DNA from: Candidatus Thorarchaeota archaeon
GTDB taxonomy: Archaea; Asgardarchaeota; Thorarchaeia; Thorarchaeales; Thorarchaeaceae
Reading direction: 5' to 3'
DNA length: 64,000 bases
Assembly (NCBI GenBank): GCA_013388835.1
Contig: JACAEL010000038.1
Coordinates: forward strand, 171 to 64,170
This document shows, piece after piece, positions 9,735 through 20,177 of the stretch (position 1 is its first letter; every line of letters starts with the position of its first letter). The position numbers and the translations under genes are program-made. Below the pieces are notes generated by a model, which saw nothing but the letters and a program-made list of their open reading frames with translations, had not been told where the DNA came from and did no database searches.

Positions 9735-11843
9735 TTGATGACACGCGACGTGAGAAGGAGCAATCGCCTGGCTGCCGAGAAGAGTCCATATCTCCAGCAA
9801 CACTCCAATAACCCTGTTGACTGGTATCCATGGGGCGAGGAGGCATTCGAGGAGGCTCATAGACAGAACAAGCCAGTCTTCCTGTCGATAGGATACAGCA
9901 CCTGCCACTGGTGCCATGTGATGGCCCACGAGTCATTTGAAGACAGCGAAGTCGCAGAGAGACTGAACCAAGTCTTCATCAGCGTCAAGGTAGACAGAGA
10001 GGAACGCCCGGACATAGACAAGGTGTACATGCAGGTCGCTCAGATGATGACCGGAAGGGGTGGCTGGCCTCTGACACTGGTGCTGACCCCAGACAAGGAG
10101 CCCTTCTTTGCCGGCACTTACCTGCCCAAGCACTCACAAGGTGGAATGCTAGGGCTTATCGAACTCACAGAGCGTGTGCGTGAACTCTGGCAGTCCGACA
10201 GGGACAACATACAGGAAGTGGTCACCCGTGTCAAAGACGCTCTCGCTGCACAACAGAGGCATGATGCTCTGCCCAGCGAACCGGACATCGAGGTGCTCAA
10301 TGCCGCCTTTGACGGCTATGTTGCTCGATTCGACGACAAACATGGCGGATTCGGTACTGCTCCCAAGTTTCCATCGCCTCACAACCTGATGCTTCTGCTA
10401 AGGCACTGGAAGAGGACTGGAAACGACTTCGCGCTGTACATGGTCGACAAGACGCTCAGAGAGATGCGAAGGGGAGGAGTCTACGATCACTTGGGAGGTG
10501 GCTTTCACAGATACGCCACTGATGCGTTGTGGAGGGTGCCTCACTTTGAGAAGATGCTGTACGATCAGGCCATGATGGCACTGGCTTGTCTTGAGGCATA
10601 CCAGGCAACGGGAACTCCACTATTCGCATCTGTGGTACGCGAGACGCTCGACTTCGTGCTGAGAGAGCTCCAAGACCGTGAGGGGGGCTTCCTGTCGGCT
10701 ATCGACGCGGACAGCGAGGGACAAGAGGGGAAGTTCTATGTCTGGTCTGCTGACGAGATTAGGGCATCGCTCTCTGACGACGAATACAGAGTCATTGTAA
10801 CTGCATTCAATGTCAGGGAGTCTGGTAACTTTGAGGACGAGGCCTCCGGAAGTCCTACCGGGCTCAACATCCTGTATCAGACATACTCCGACGAGGTGAA
10901 TGCGAAGCTTGTCGGACTGCCAGTCGACCAGTTCACACAACTCCTCACTTCTGCGAAGAAGAAGCTGTTCGAGATGCGCAGTCGAAGGACCGCTCCTCAT
11001 GTCGATGACAAGGTCCTGACCGACTGGAATGGACTGATGATAGCAGCAATGGCGCGAGCAGGGGCAATCCTCAATGAGAGAGAGTACGTCCAGTCTGCAG
11101 AACGTGCCGCAGACTTCATCATCACGAGGATGTCCAATGGTGACCGTCTGCTGCACCGCTATCGTGACGGTGAGTGTGCAGTGGAAGCGTTCCTCGACGA
11201 CTACGCGTTTCTCATACTTGGCCTGATAGAGCTCTATCAATCGACCTTTGAGGTCAAGTACCTCGAACAGGCGACAAGACTCAGTAAGCTCACAGTCAGT
11301 CTGTTCTGGGACTCTGAAGGAGGGGGTTTCTTCTTCTCGCCAGCGTCATCGGAAAGCATGCTCACTCGTCCCAAGGACGCATATGACGGAGCGATACCAT
11401 CGGGCAATTCAATGATGGTTCTGAACAGTATCAGACTCGGACGACTGCTGGGTGATGAGAGCATGGAGCAGACAGCACGCAATACGCTGAATGCCTTCGC
11501 TGACGAGATAGCCAATATGCCGATGAGCCACAGCATGATGCTGGTTGCCATAGACTACCTTCGCGGTCCCTCCCACGAGGTGATAGTTGCCGGGGCTCCT
11601 GATGACGTGGTGACGGTCAGGATGATAGCAGAGATACGTCGGAGGTACCTGCCTTCGGTGATGCTGATACTGGTTGGAACCGAACAGCAACGTGACAGCA
11701 TAACGCGATTGGCCCCATACGTCAGATTCTATGGGCCCATCAATGGTCGTACCACGGCATACGTATGCATAGACCGCACCTGCCAACTGCCAACTGACGA
11801 CGTCACTCAGATGTTACACCAGTTGGGTGTTCACCACTTGTGA
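9735..11843 (+). CDS. Thioredoxin-domain (DUF255) / N-acylglucosamine-2-epimerase-like fusion protein (YyaL family)
   Basis: N-terminal [21 protein letters not shown]...[11 protein letters not shown] is the classical DUF255 thioredoxin signature. The 702-aa length and alpha/alpha-toroid-like C-terminus fit the family. Confidence 0.85.
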   Translation: MMTRDVRRSNRLAAEKSPYLQQHSNNPVDWYPWGEEAFEEAHRQNKPVFLSIGYSTCHWCHVMAHESFEDSEVAERLNQVFISVKVDREERPDIDKVYMQVAQMMTGRGGWPLTLVLTPDKEPFFAGTYLPKHSQGGMLGLIELTERVRELWQSDRDNIQEVVTRVKDALAAQQRHDALPSEPDIEVLNAAFDGYVARFDDKHGGFGTAPKFPSPHNLMLLLRHWKRTGNDFALYMVDKTLREMRRGGVYDHLGGGFHRYATDALWRVPHFEKMLYDQAMMALACLEAYQATGTPLFASVVRETLDFVLRELQDREGGFLSAIDADSEGQEGKFYVWSADEIRASLSDDEYRVIVTAFNVRESGNFEDEASGSPTGLNILYQTYSDEVNAKLVGLPVDQFTQLLTSAKKKLFEMRSRRTAPHVDDKVLTDWNGLMIAAMARAGAILNEREYVQSAERAADFIITRMSNGDRLLHRYRDGECAVEAFLDDYAFLILGLIELYQSTFEVKYLEQATRLSKLTVSLFWDSEGGGFFFSPASSESMLTRPKDAYDGAIPSGNSMMVLNSIRLGRLLGDESMEQTARNTLNAFADEIANMPMSHSMMLVAIDYLRGPSHEVIVAGAPDDVVTVRMIAEIRRRYLPSVMLILVGTEQQRDSITRLAPYVRFYGPINGRTTAYVCIDRTCQLPTDDVTQMLHQLGVHHL

Positions 11844-11928
11844 AGAAGTCTGCTCCGTATTCATGGCGCCCAACACTATTCTTATCTGTGTGAATCGAGG
11901 CTCGACGGCAGCGACCGGTGGTCATGAA

Positions 11929-14088
11929 ATGTCCGAAAGACTCCCAGCTCGTCTGGCACTCGTGCTGTTTCTCTGCATGTCGGCGGTAATCTCGTTCACT
12001 GGGGCTCCGCCGTCCCAAATACCACGGGATGCAACAGTCCTCAGCAACGGTACTGAACCGATAATCTACCGCGGGGGGACAATTGACACTGTAAGAGTCA
12101 TTGCGTACGCCAGTCTGGAAGACGCCCTCTCTGCGGTCAATGATGGTGAGGCGGACGTGTTTGGACTGATGGTCGAGAGGGAGCACTACACGCTAATAGA
12201 CTCATACCCCAATCTTGAGAGACAGTGGTCACACGACACAAGGGCGTGCGCGATAGTCCTGAACGCCCAAGCATACCCCTTGCATGACTCGCACCTGAGA
12301 AGAGCAATAGCTTTTGCAGTCAACAAGACCATGATCAGGGACGTCATGGGAACGGTGGATCTGGCGGACTTCGCAGTCCCCTTGTCAAGCGAGTACTCTC
12401 CCGAGTCCAAGTACGGAGGGCTATTCTACGACAGGGACATCGCGCACGCAAACGCCGAACTTGGTATGGCTGGCATCTTGGATGTTGACGAGAATGGGTA
12501 TGTCGAAGCACCGAACGGGAGCAGTCTTACCCTGAGACTGACATACCCATATGATGTCTACGGCATGAACGAGACCGCGCAGCTGATATCAAATGACCTT
12601 CTGTCAGTAGGAATCAACAACACACTCGTCCCGCTTGATTCGGTTTCGCTCCAGACAGGTCTGGCCAATCACAGTCTGGACTTCGAGCTTGCTCTGTGCC
12701 ACATGGAGTTTCCCCTCTATGATGCTGACTGGGCCATCAGAACATTCCACTCGTCAATGGTGTCGGTCGCGGGAGAGAACATCGCGCGGGTGAGTGACCC
12801 TCAGATCAACTCGATGGTCGGACGTCTGTTGGCAAACTCGAAACTCTCTGCAATGCACACACTCGTCTACGAGGGGCTCCAACTCATTAGAGACCTATGC
12901 CCTATCATACCACTGTTCTTCTACAACTGGCTGTCGGTCTACTCCACAGCCAACTTGGATGGATGGAACAATCACACGAGCGGCGGAGCATATTCTGTCT
13001 GGAACCCTGTGACCCTCGCACCGAAGACGGGAAAGCCAAGTCAGATGACCGTTGCAGTGCTCCCAAGTTTCTTCTCGGACTTCTTTCGCTCCTTGAATCC
13101 GTTATATCAGTGTAACAACGTATCGTGGACGCCAATTGATTCCAACTGGTACTACAGGCGGCACTTCAATCCATACCTCCTAGTCTATGACTCGCTGACT
13201 GCGACACACCTAGACGGTACTGCAGTACCTAGGTTGAGTACATACTGGGAGGTTCAGTTCAGTGACCAGAAGCCAGACATCCGTCCGCTGACCTCCAGGG
13301 CGGTCTTCTACTGCGACCCGGCAGCAAACTGGACCGATGGGACCCGGCTGACCGCACAGGATGTGAGGTTCTCAATGGAGCTCTATCGAAACCTGTCAGC
13401 CATCGAGGATGCAGAGATCATCGAGTCGGTCAAGGTCACCGGGAGTCACACAGCTGGTGTCAATCTCAACAGCACTCTGATGTACCACTACAGAGTCCTA
13501 GGTTCACTTCCTGTCCTGCCACTGCACATCATGGGTGGCATGAATAGTACCCAGGTCAGCGCATGGAATCCCACTCCGGCTGAAGCGATTGGCTCAGGAC
13601 CATACAAGTTCGCTGAGCTTGTTCTTGGTGAGGAGCTTACACTGACCCGAAACACGGGATACTATCCTCAGCTGGACATGGAACCTCCAAGACTCACACA
13701 GATCTACCTGTCGCCCCAGAACCCCATCCCTGCTGAGACTGTCACTGTACGAGCATATCTGGATGACCGAAGCAGGATAGCAAATGTCTCTCTGAGCTGG
13801 ACTAGTCATGTGGGAACTCTGAATTTCACAACAGAAACGACAATGCAGGAGACCTCTCAGGGTTACGTAGGCATCATTCCCGCCAGCATCACGTCCTCTT
13901 CTGTAAACTACAGTATTCGGGCGACTGACATCTGGGGCAACTCGGCAGTTCTAGCTACAGGGTTGTACCCACAGGCTTCGAATGGCGGTATCGGGGCACC
14001 TGACCTGACGATTGCCGTACTCGTCATGGGTGCAATCGGACTGGCTGCAACTGGCCTCGTCGCTCGACACGCGAGGCAGAGAGGCTAG
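11929..14088 (+). CDS. Extracellular solute-binding protein family 5 (Opp/Dpp-like) with extra C-terminal domain and C-terminal TM anchor
   Basis: Signal peptide from Met at 11929 (MSERLPARLALVLFLCMSAVISF). The SBP_bac_5-like core (…RRAIAFAVNKTMIRDVMG…) is followed by many N-glycosylation sequons and a C-terminal helix IAVLVMGAIGLAATGLVARHARQRG. The ORF is open from 11827. Confidence 0.7.
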   Translation: MSERLPARLALVLFLCMSAVISFTGAPPSQIPRDATVLSNGTEPIIYRGGTIDTVRVIAYASLEDALSAVNDGEADVFGLMVEREHYTLIDSYPNLERQWSHDTRACAIVLNAQAYPLHDSHLRRAIAFAVNKTMIRDVMGTVDLADFAVPLSSEYSPESKYGGLFYDRDIAHANAELGMAGILDVDENGYVEAPNGSSLTLRLTYPYDVYGMNETAQLISNDLLSVGINNTLVPLDSVSLQTGLANHSLDFELALCHMEFPLYDADWAIRTFHSSMVSVAGENIARVSDPQINSMVGRLLANSKLSAMHTLVYEGLQLIRDLCPIIPLFFYNWLSVYSTANLDGWNNHTSGGAYSVWNPVTLAPKTGKPSQMTVAVLPSFFSDFFRSLNPLYQCNNVSWTPIDSNWYYRRHFNPYLLVYDSLTATHLDGTAVPRLSTYWEVQFSDQKPDIRPLTSRAVFYCDPAANWTDGTRLTAQDVRFSMELYRNLSAIEDAEIIESVKVTGSHTAGVNLNSTLMYHYRVLGSLPVLPLHIMGGMNSTQVSAWNPTPAEAIGSGPYKFAELVLGEELTLTRNTGYYPQLDMEPPRLTQIYLSPQNPIPAETVTVRAYLDDRSRIANVSLSWTSHVGTLNFTTETTMQETSQGYVGIIPASITSSSVNYSIRATDIWGNSAVLATGLYPQASNGGIGAPDLTIAVLVMGAIGLAATGLVARHARQRG

Positions 14089-14091
14089 ACA

Positions 14092-14280
14092 TCAGGCATA
14101 CTGGCAGTGTGCGTGCTCATATGGAGTGGTCCCACGAACCGTGCACTCGCAGCACGCCGTGGGGTCACCGCAGAGGGAACTTGCGTGACCGGCATCCTGT
14201 GCACATGCATTCGGACTGCGGAAGTCGTGACTTCGCTGAATGAGGAGCTTCGCCAGTGCGTGGCTCTCTGAGAGCATCAT
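14092..14280 (-). CDS. Candidate Cys-rich small ORF (62 aa; putative RiPP precursor-like peptide)
   Basis: It lies immediately 3' of the C39-like gene on the same strand. It has a helical N-terminal 24 aa and then six Cys in 34 aa (CAQDAGHASSLCGDPTACCECT...HC). Coding status is unverified. Confidence 0.2.
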   Translation of the reverse strand: MMLSESHALAKLLIQRSHDFRSPNACAQDAGHASSLCGDPTACCECTVRGTTPYEHAHCQYA

Positions 14281-14288
14281 CTGGAGTA

Positions 14289-15785
14289 CTACTGCGATGG
14301 CTTCCTGATGATGTAGATGATGACTACCACGACAACGACTCCCACAGCAGCTCCTGCAACCACAAGGAGAGGACCATACACCACCAGCGGGTCACTGGGC
14401 CAGATCTCCGCAAGACACAATCCGGCCTCGCGCCAGGATTCGGCAATGCATGATAAGTGCGAGTTCAACTCGCTCAGTTGATTGGAATACTGAATCAATG
14501 CGCCATCGAGGTCCCCGGTGGTGTTGTAGACGGATGCCAGCGTTCGGAACAGGCTGATGATTGGACCATCGACTACGCTTAGGTTGCCGGGGTGAATCAG
14601 GCTGGAGTTGCTTGAGACTGCCGCGAAGTGCGGCAGCGCCTTATTGGCTGCTGCAATGAAGGCCGTTGTATTCCGCCCTGTGAGCAGAGTAGGCACACTG
14701 TTCAGACATGACCTATAGGCGAGGTACTGAAGCGACACTTGGCTTTCGACACCTATCCCGATGAAGAAGAGGAGAGAGGCCTTGAACTTCACTTCATCCG
14801 GCATCCCGTCGAATACCTGGAGATACTCCTTGAGCCCAGCACTTGTCAGGTCGTTTGCAAGTTCACGGTATGCGCTGTATCCGAACTTCCACAGATATGC
14901 GGAAGGACTGTCAGGTGCATAGACTGTGCCCACGCCAAGCAGCATGTCGCGCATGTAGGGGCCAAGCAGTTCACCGGGTTGCGCAGACGGAACGGTCTGT
15001 TTCTTGATTAGAATGCTGATGTAATACCTGTTGAACCAAGCGGTGTTTAGGCTGGTATAGGCTATCTCGGTGTAGTTGCCGCGTCCATCATACGGGTATC
15101 CGAAGTTCATTCCAAAAGACCCAACTCCGGGGTCAATGATTGTTGCTTTGCCCGCTGTGTCGTTGTAGCCAACTATCACAACCGCGTGCCCGCCACCTGA
15201 TATGCCCAGATTCCGCAGGTAGTCGTAGTCACTGGCTGGGAGCCATAACGGGTCAACGCTGATGAGGAGCCCATGGCCCGAGTCAATTGCACTTCTCATG
15301 AGGGAAAAGGCGTCCGTCTGCCCGTTCAGCAGTCCGGCATAGATGCCCCGGTGCCTGAGGACTTCAATCTGCTCTTCTATTCCCTCCACCTCCGCGGAGA
15401 AATACACCGAGTAGTTGAGACCGTACACACGACAGACAAAGTCCACGGGATAGATCTGCGAGTACAGTGCTCCCGGGTAGAGTAACATCGTGTCATTGTA
15501 GCGTATGTAGGCAGTGGAGAATCCGACGCCTGCGGCCGCAAACAGGTCGTGCATGCTCAGCGGTATGCCCTCGTACTGAAGCAGGACACTTGTGGCAGCC
15601 CAGTTGCAGAAGCCATTGATCTCCTGCCACACATAAGGTACACCAACAAGAGGACCCTCTGATGCGGGAACAAAACCATCACGCGCTATCACAGGGTCCT
15701 TCCCACTCGCGTCGCCAAGACCCTGCATGAGCAGGCCTGTGAGCACCGCGAAGACCAATACCGCAAGTACCAGCCGACGACTCAT
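14289..15785 (-). CDS. Secreted, C-terminally membrane-anchored protein with peptidase C39-like domain
   Basis: N-terminal signal peptide; QEINGFCNWAATSVLLQYEG (C39 Cys motif Q-x5-C-x-x-A-x-x-x-L); GGGHAVVIVGYNDTAGKATIIDPG (C39 His/Asp region); C-terminal TM VVAGAAVGVVVVVVIIYII plus basic tail. Confidence 0.55.
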   Translation of the reverse strand: MSRRLVLAVLVFAVLTGLLMQGLGDASGKDPVIARDGFVPASEGPLVGVPYVWQEINGFCNWAATSVLLQYEGIPLSMHDLFAAAGVGFSTAYIRYNDTMLLYPGALYSQIYPVDFVCRVYGLNYSVYFSAEVEGIEEQIEVLRHRGIYAGLLNGQTDAFSLMRSAIDSGHGLLISVDPLWLPASDYDYLRNLGISGGGHAVVIVGYNDTAGKATIIDPGVGSFGMNFGYPYDGRGNYTEIAYTSLNTAWFNRYYISILIKKQTVPSAQPGELLGPYMRDMLLGVGTVYAPDSPSAYLWKFGYSAYRELANDLTSAGLKEYLQVFDGMPDEVKFKASLLFFIGIGVESQVSLQYLAYRSCLNSVPTLLTGRNTTAFIAAANKALPHFAAVSSNSSLIHPGNLSVVDGPIISLFRTLASVYNTTGDLDGALIQYSNQLSELNSHLSCIAESWREAGLCLAEIWPSDPLVVYGPLLVVAGAAVGVVVVVVIIYIIRKPSQ

Positions 15786-15843
15786 TGGCGTTCATTCGCC
15801 TCGAGTTTGACAATAGAACATAAACATATGCACCGGTGATGCT

Positions 15844-16998
15844 TTGACGCAGACAGTGCAGGCGACACTCAGTCATGTTTATTCCCGTTCCGACCATGCA
15901 CTATTCGAGAGTAACGTGAACTACCATCTGGTGCTCACACGCGAATGCAACCTAAACTGCTCGTACTGCCGCGGAGGAGAGAACATAGGCGCGACGCCAG
16001 ATGTCCAGTACTCTATGGACGACCTCGCGAACTTCTTGGAGAGAGACCCCGACCCACAGCTCATGTTGTATGGTGGAGAGCCGACCTTGCGTATTCCGCT
16101 CTTGACGTCTCTGATGGACCGGTTCCCTCGCAGTCGCTTCATGCTTCAGACAAACGGTCTTCTGCTTCACAGGATACCCGAAGAGTACGTTCGGAGGTTC
16201 CACTCAATCCTCGTATCGATAGACGGACCTGAGACACTCACAGACCACTATCGTTCCCGTGGGGTCTATCGAAGGGTCTTGGAGAACGTGAGATGGCTGG
16301 AGAGCATAGGCTATCCGGGTGACAAGGTGGCCCGCATGGCAGTCTCTCAGGAGACGGACATATACGAAGCGGTCAGACATCTATTGGACCTTCGCGACCC
16401 CACGTTCGACCATGTCCACTGGCAACTCAATGTGGTCTGGTCCGCAGAGGGAAACTGGACCGATTTCCCCAGATGGCTTCAAGACTCATACAAGCCTCGA
16501 CTCGAGCAGCTCGTGCACGCGTGGGTGACCAAGATGCAAGAGGGGGTTGTGGAGGGCATAGTCCCCTTCCTGCCCTTGATGTACTCACTGTTGACCGGAC
16601 GGAGTTCAAGACTCAGATGCGGCTCAGGCATCGACACATTTGTTGTTCACACTGACGGCACGATAGGCGTCTGTCCCATCTCTCCGGACTGGGAGTTCTC
16701 ATTGGTAGGCGACATATGGTCAACAGACCCAGCATCTCTCGCCAACGTAATGACCGTGGATGAGCCATGTCCGTCCTGCGATCACTTCTGGGTCTGCGGC
16801 GGCAGGTGTCTCTTTGCAAACAAGGAGAGACTCTGGGGACAAGAGGGCTTCGATAGGATATGCACCAGCGTGAAGCACCTAGTGGGCTGCCTTGAGAAGG
16901 AGGTCCCGGTGGTGCACGGCTTCATCGAGGCGGGGACCATCAGCATTGAGGAATTCAACTATCCTGAGCACAATAATGGTTGTGAGATCATTCCCTAG
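15844..16998 (+). CDS. Radical SAM protein with C-terminal SPASM/twitch domain (peptide-modifying maturase-like, anSME family)
   Basis: CNLNCSYCRGGE (CX3CX2C), GGEPTL, C-terminal Cys cluster CPISPDW...CPSCDHFWVCGGRC. Confidence 0.8.
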   Translation: MTQTVQATLSHVYSRSDHALFESNVNYHLVLTRECNLNCSYCRGGENIGATPDVQYSMDDLANFLERDPDPQLMLYGGEPTLRIPLLTSLMDRFPRSRFMLQTNGLLLHRIPEEYVRRFHSILVSIDGPETLTDHYRSRGVYRRVLENVRWLESIGYPGDKVARMAVSQETDIYEAVRHLLDLRDPTFDHVHWQLNVVWSAEGNWTDFPRWLQDSYKPRLEQLVHAWVTKMQEGVVEGIVPFLPLMYSLLTGRSSRLRCGSGIDTFVVHTDGTIGVCPISPDWEFSLVGDIWSTDPASLANVMTVDEPCPSCDHFWVCGGRCLFANKERLWGQEGFDRICTSVKHLVGCLEKEVPVVHGFIEAGTISIEEFNYPEHNNGCEIIP

Positions 16999-17498
16999 CT
17001 GAACTCATCTTCAGGCTCTTCAGCCGCACAGAGTTCTTTTCGCATGATAACGATGGGCTCCCCCTCGCTCTCTCCAGTACCAACCTTCACATAACCATGC
17101 TTGATGTAGAAGTTCAGCTGGTTCTCGATTATGCCATAGACGTCAATCTCTATGCAAGTCGCGCCCATATGCTGGAGCATGTTCTCGGCGTAGTCGACAA
17201 GCACAGTCCCAATCCTACGTCCTCGAAACTTGGAACGCACTGCAACCCTAGCGATGACACCGGTCTTCCCACGCAGACTGGCCCGCATGGTGCCCACCAC
17301 CTGGTCACCTAGTAGAGCCACATAGACATTCCCCATCTGAATGTGTCGCGATATCTTGTCGAGGCCTTCCTTGAGGGCAATTGGGGTTGAGCCGAGTTGT
17401 TTCTTCAGCGGGGCGTAGGCCTCATTGATGATGTCCTTGATGATGTCAACCTCAGACATTGTGGCACGACGAACCGTGACCTCTGCATAGTTGTACAT
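16995..17498 (-). CDS. GNAT-family N-acetyltransferase
   Basis: 167 aa with the acetyl-CoA binding motif RGRRIGTVLVDYAE and a GNAT fold pattern. Confidence 0.7.
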   Translation of the reverse strand: MYNYAEVTVRRATMSEVDIIKDIINEAYAPLKKQLGSTPIALKEGLDKISRHIQMGNVYVALLGDQVVGTMRASLRGKTGVIARVAVRSKFRGRRIGTVLVDYAENMLQHMGATCIEIDVYGIIENQLNFYIKHGYVKVGTGESEGEPIVIMRKELCAAEEPEDEFS

Positions 17499-17699
17499 CG
17501 ATGGTTCTCCTAGTAATGAAGTGGTTCACTGACACATAACGCGACTTGAATAAAACCTATCTGTTGTGACCGGCCCTGTATGACAAGTCGTGCAGACCTC
17601 TCATCGCAGGACAAAGACTGACACACGGACGGGCTTTCGATGTGTGTCCATGCTCAAATAGGTCAGGCTACGGGATGGCCCCTCTGCAGGCAGGCCAAC

Positions 17700-18209
17700 T
17701 CACGACCTGACTTTTCCAACAGGGCCCCCTAGCCAATCTGTGCAAAGAACCTGATGTACAATGCCATGATTGTTTGCCAAATGCAAGACGTTTCTTGCTT
17801 CTTCAAGAGATACAGTTTCTGCTACTCCTCGTTCAAGCTCATCGGAGAATTCGTCTAGTCCAGTGCATATGCGGAGAGACTCATCACACTTCTTGTAGGT
17901 CATACGGCTTTCACAGTTACGAGGCGAGAAGCTGCTTGCATTTTCCAGTACATTGACTGCGGTCTCGTAGGACAGAGTGATTGAAACATGTCCAAAAACA
18001 GCGTCAGGACGTGGTAACACTCTTCCTTCAGGGTGGGGGTCAGTGTCTGCCCGTTTGACATGATCTTGCATTCGAAAACCTGCCAGCGCTATGACGTATT
18101 TCCCTAGTGCCTCTGCTCTGCCCTCAGAGGTACCTGTTAACAATGCTTTGAAATGACTCTGTCGAACTCGGTCTTCAAGGGCGAAATAGACATCCGACTC
18201 ATCCTTCAA
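17700..18209 (-). CDS. Hypothetical protein (169 aa)
   Basis: Well-spaced ORF, no recognisable motif. Confidence 0.4.
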   Translation of the reverse strand: MKDESDVYFALEDRVRQSHFKALLTGTSEGRAEALGKYVIALAGFRMQDHVKRADTDPHPEGRVLPRPDAVFGHVSITLSYETAVNVLENASSFSPRNCESRMTYKKCDESLRICTGLDEFSDELERGVAETVSLEEARNVLHLANNHGIVHQVLCTDWLGGPVGKVRS

Positions 18210-18501
18210 AGCTATGACTCAGGAGGTCAAGGCACTCATCGATACCAACTACGACTCCATTGTCATCTACGTGATGAAGTCCGAGGCATCCGCTAAGAAA
18301 CAGCTCATCGGCCTTGACCTGTCACTGCGAAACCTCATCGTCTGACTTCCCAAGACCTTTATGAATGACTTGCATCACCGGAGGCCTTTGAACACCTCTC
18401 CCTGCAGCGACCACATAAGCCTTATCTGGAGAGAAGAAGTAGAGAAGCACCGGTTCCAATCAGACTAGAAGTAGGGTTGAAATAAGGACAAGAAAGATGA
18501 A

Positions 18502-18597
18502 GTAGAAGAAGTGGAGTCACAGAAGATGAGTTCACACGACAAGAAGGAAGTAGAAGAAGTGGAGTCACAGAAGATGAGTTCACACGACAAGAAGGAA
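18502..18597. repeat. Perfect tandem duplication, 2 x 48 bp (gtagaagaagtggagtcacagaagatgagttcacacgacaagaaggaa)
   Basis: Read directly from the sequence: 18502-18549 is identical to 18550-18597. It lies in a purine-rich non-coding stretch between genes. Confidence 0.9.
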
Positions 18598-19140
18598 GTC
18601 GCCGAAGGGGCCTGTGTCAATTGCGCAGTGTTCCTCTTTGTGATTCTTGTCTTCTCGATTGCCGCACTTGTTCTGTAGTGTCGCGTCTCAGGAGGGGCTT
18701 GACTGACATTCCTGATTGACCCGCCACTCTTAGTGGGTTTCAGCATGTTGTCGTGCTGGATAGGAGAGAGGTTTCCGACAAGGACAAGAGCCCCGATTGG
18801 TACAGCACTGGCCATCTTCTCTCTGTGTGTGATAGTCTTCACAAGCACCTCACTCTATCTCAACCTATCATACATGAACTGGTTCTGGATGCCTTTCTCG
18901 CCGGCGGTGACATCGGGAAGAGACCTCATGATCAACTCGGGCATATTCCATTTCGAGTCTGTGAATACCGCGGGGCTCATCGATGCACTTGCGGCCATAC
19001 AAGTGCTCCTATATCCGCTATGGACATACCTCGGGCTGAGGCTCTGGCACCAGCTGAAGAAAAAGCAGCCAGCCAGTTCATCATAGAGTGATAGTGATGT
19101 CAGCAGGAGAGTCCGCCACCTGACTCAGGACAGACCGGCG

Positions 19141-20025
19141 TTGCGCTTTGCACGACGGGACAGGCAGGGAAGGCTACTGCCACCATTCCCGTTTGACCCT
19201 GTGAGTCTTACGCAACAGACACGGAGAGTCGTGTGTAGGACCGAGGGGAACGTCACTCTCAGAAAGTACACCAGCTTCTATAAGGCAGGTGTGTACGGTG
19301 GGATAGCGACGGCCTACTCTGTCGGATGCAACTTCAGGTGTGTCTTCTGCTGGGTCGACTGGTCCAGAGACTGGCCCGAGGACTTCGGTGTCTTCTGTTC
19401 GCCGACGCAAGTCTATGCCAGACTCAGAGAGGTGATGAGGGAGGGAGGAGTCAGAAGAGCGAGAATAAGCGGCGCGGAACCCACACTCTGTCCAGACCAC
19501 TTATTCGCAGTACTTGAGATGGTGCATCGAGACCGAGATGACTTCGACCTCTTCGTAATAGAAACCAACGGAGTGGTGATTGCAACAGAAGACACCGTCG
19601 CTGAAACCCTTGCCCGATACGCCTCAAGAAAGAGGAGCGATGAAACCGTCGGACATGTGCGGCTGTCCATCCGTGGCGGGTGGCCCAAACCGTTCGAGGA
19701 GAAGACTGGATGCAAGGGGGAGTACGTCGACTTGCCGTTCCTCGCTGCAAAACGACTGTGGGATGCAGGCGTGTCATTCCATGTTGCGGTCGTGGTGGAC
19801 CCAAGGTTCACATCCGAGGAGGAGAAGAATGAGATATACAGACGCCTAGGCGAGATAGACCCATCCGTTCGCAGAGGCGTGGAAGAGGAGTATCTGGATC
19901 CCTACCCACACGCGCTTGTTCGTCTCAGAGCTGTGGGACGGACCGATGTGACAGGGACCGAGGAGTCCAACAGGGAGCGTCAGGCCAGGAGCCGCATGCC
20001 GGTAGAAGAAACCGGCAACGACTGA
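19141..20025 (+). CDS. Radical SAM domain protein (small, about 294 aa)
   Basis: GIATAYSVGCNFRCVFCWVDW contains CX3CX2C; a GGE-like AEPTL segment follows. Start uncertain. Confidence 0.55.
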   Translation: MRFARRDRQGRLLPPFPFDPVSLTQQTRRVVCRTEGNVTLRKYTSFYKAGVYGGIATAYSVGCNFRCVFCWVDWSRDWPEDFGVFCSPTQVYARLREVMREGGVRRARISGAEPTLCPDHLFAVLEMVHRDRDDFDLFVIETNGVVIATEDTVAETLARYASRKRSDETVGHVRLSIRGGWPKPFEEKTGCKGEYVDLPFLAAKRLWDAGVSFHVAVVVDPRFTSEEEKNEIYRRLGEIDPSVRRGVEEEYLDPYPHALVRLRAVGRTDVTGTEESNRERQARSRMPVEETGND

Positions 20026-20177
20026 GACACAAGCGTAACGGATGTACGCAACGTGCTGCTAAAGCTCTGCAACCATCGAGGGGGTCTACTGCAGACGGGG
20101 TACATGTATGGATAGGACTTCTGAGAACGAAGAAAAAGAGACAAGAAGGGGGCCTTGCAGACCCCACTTCATGAATA

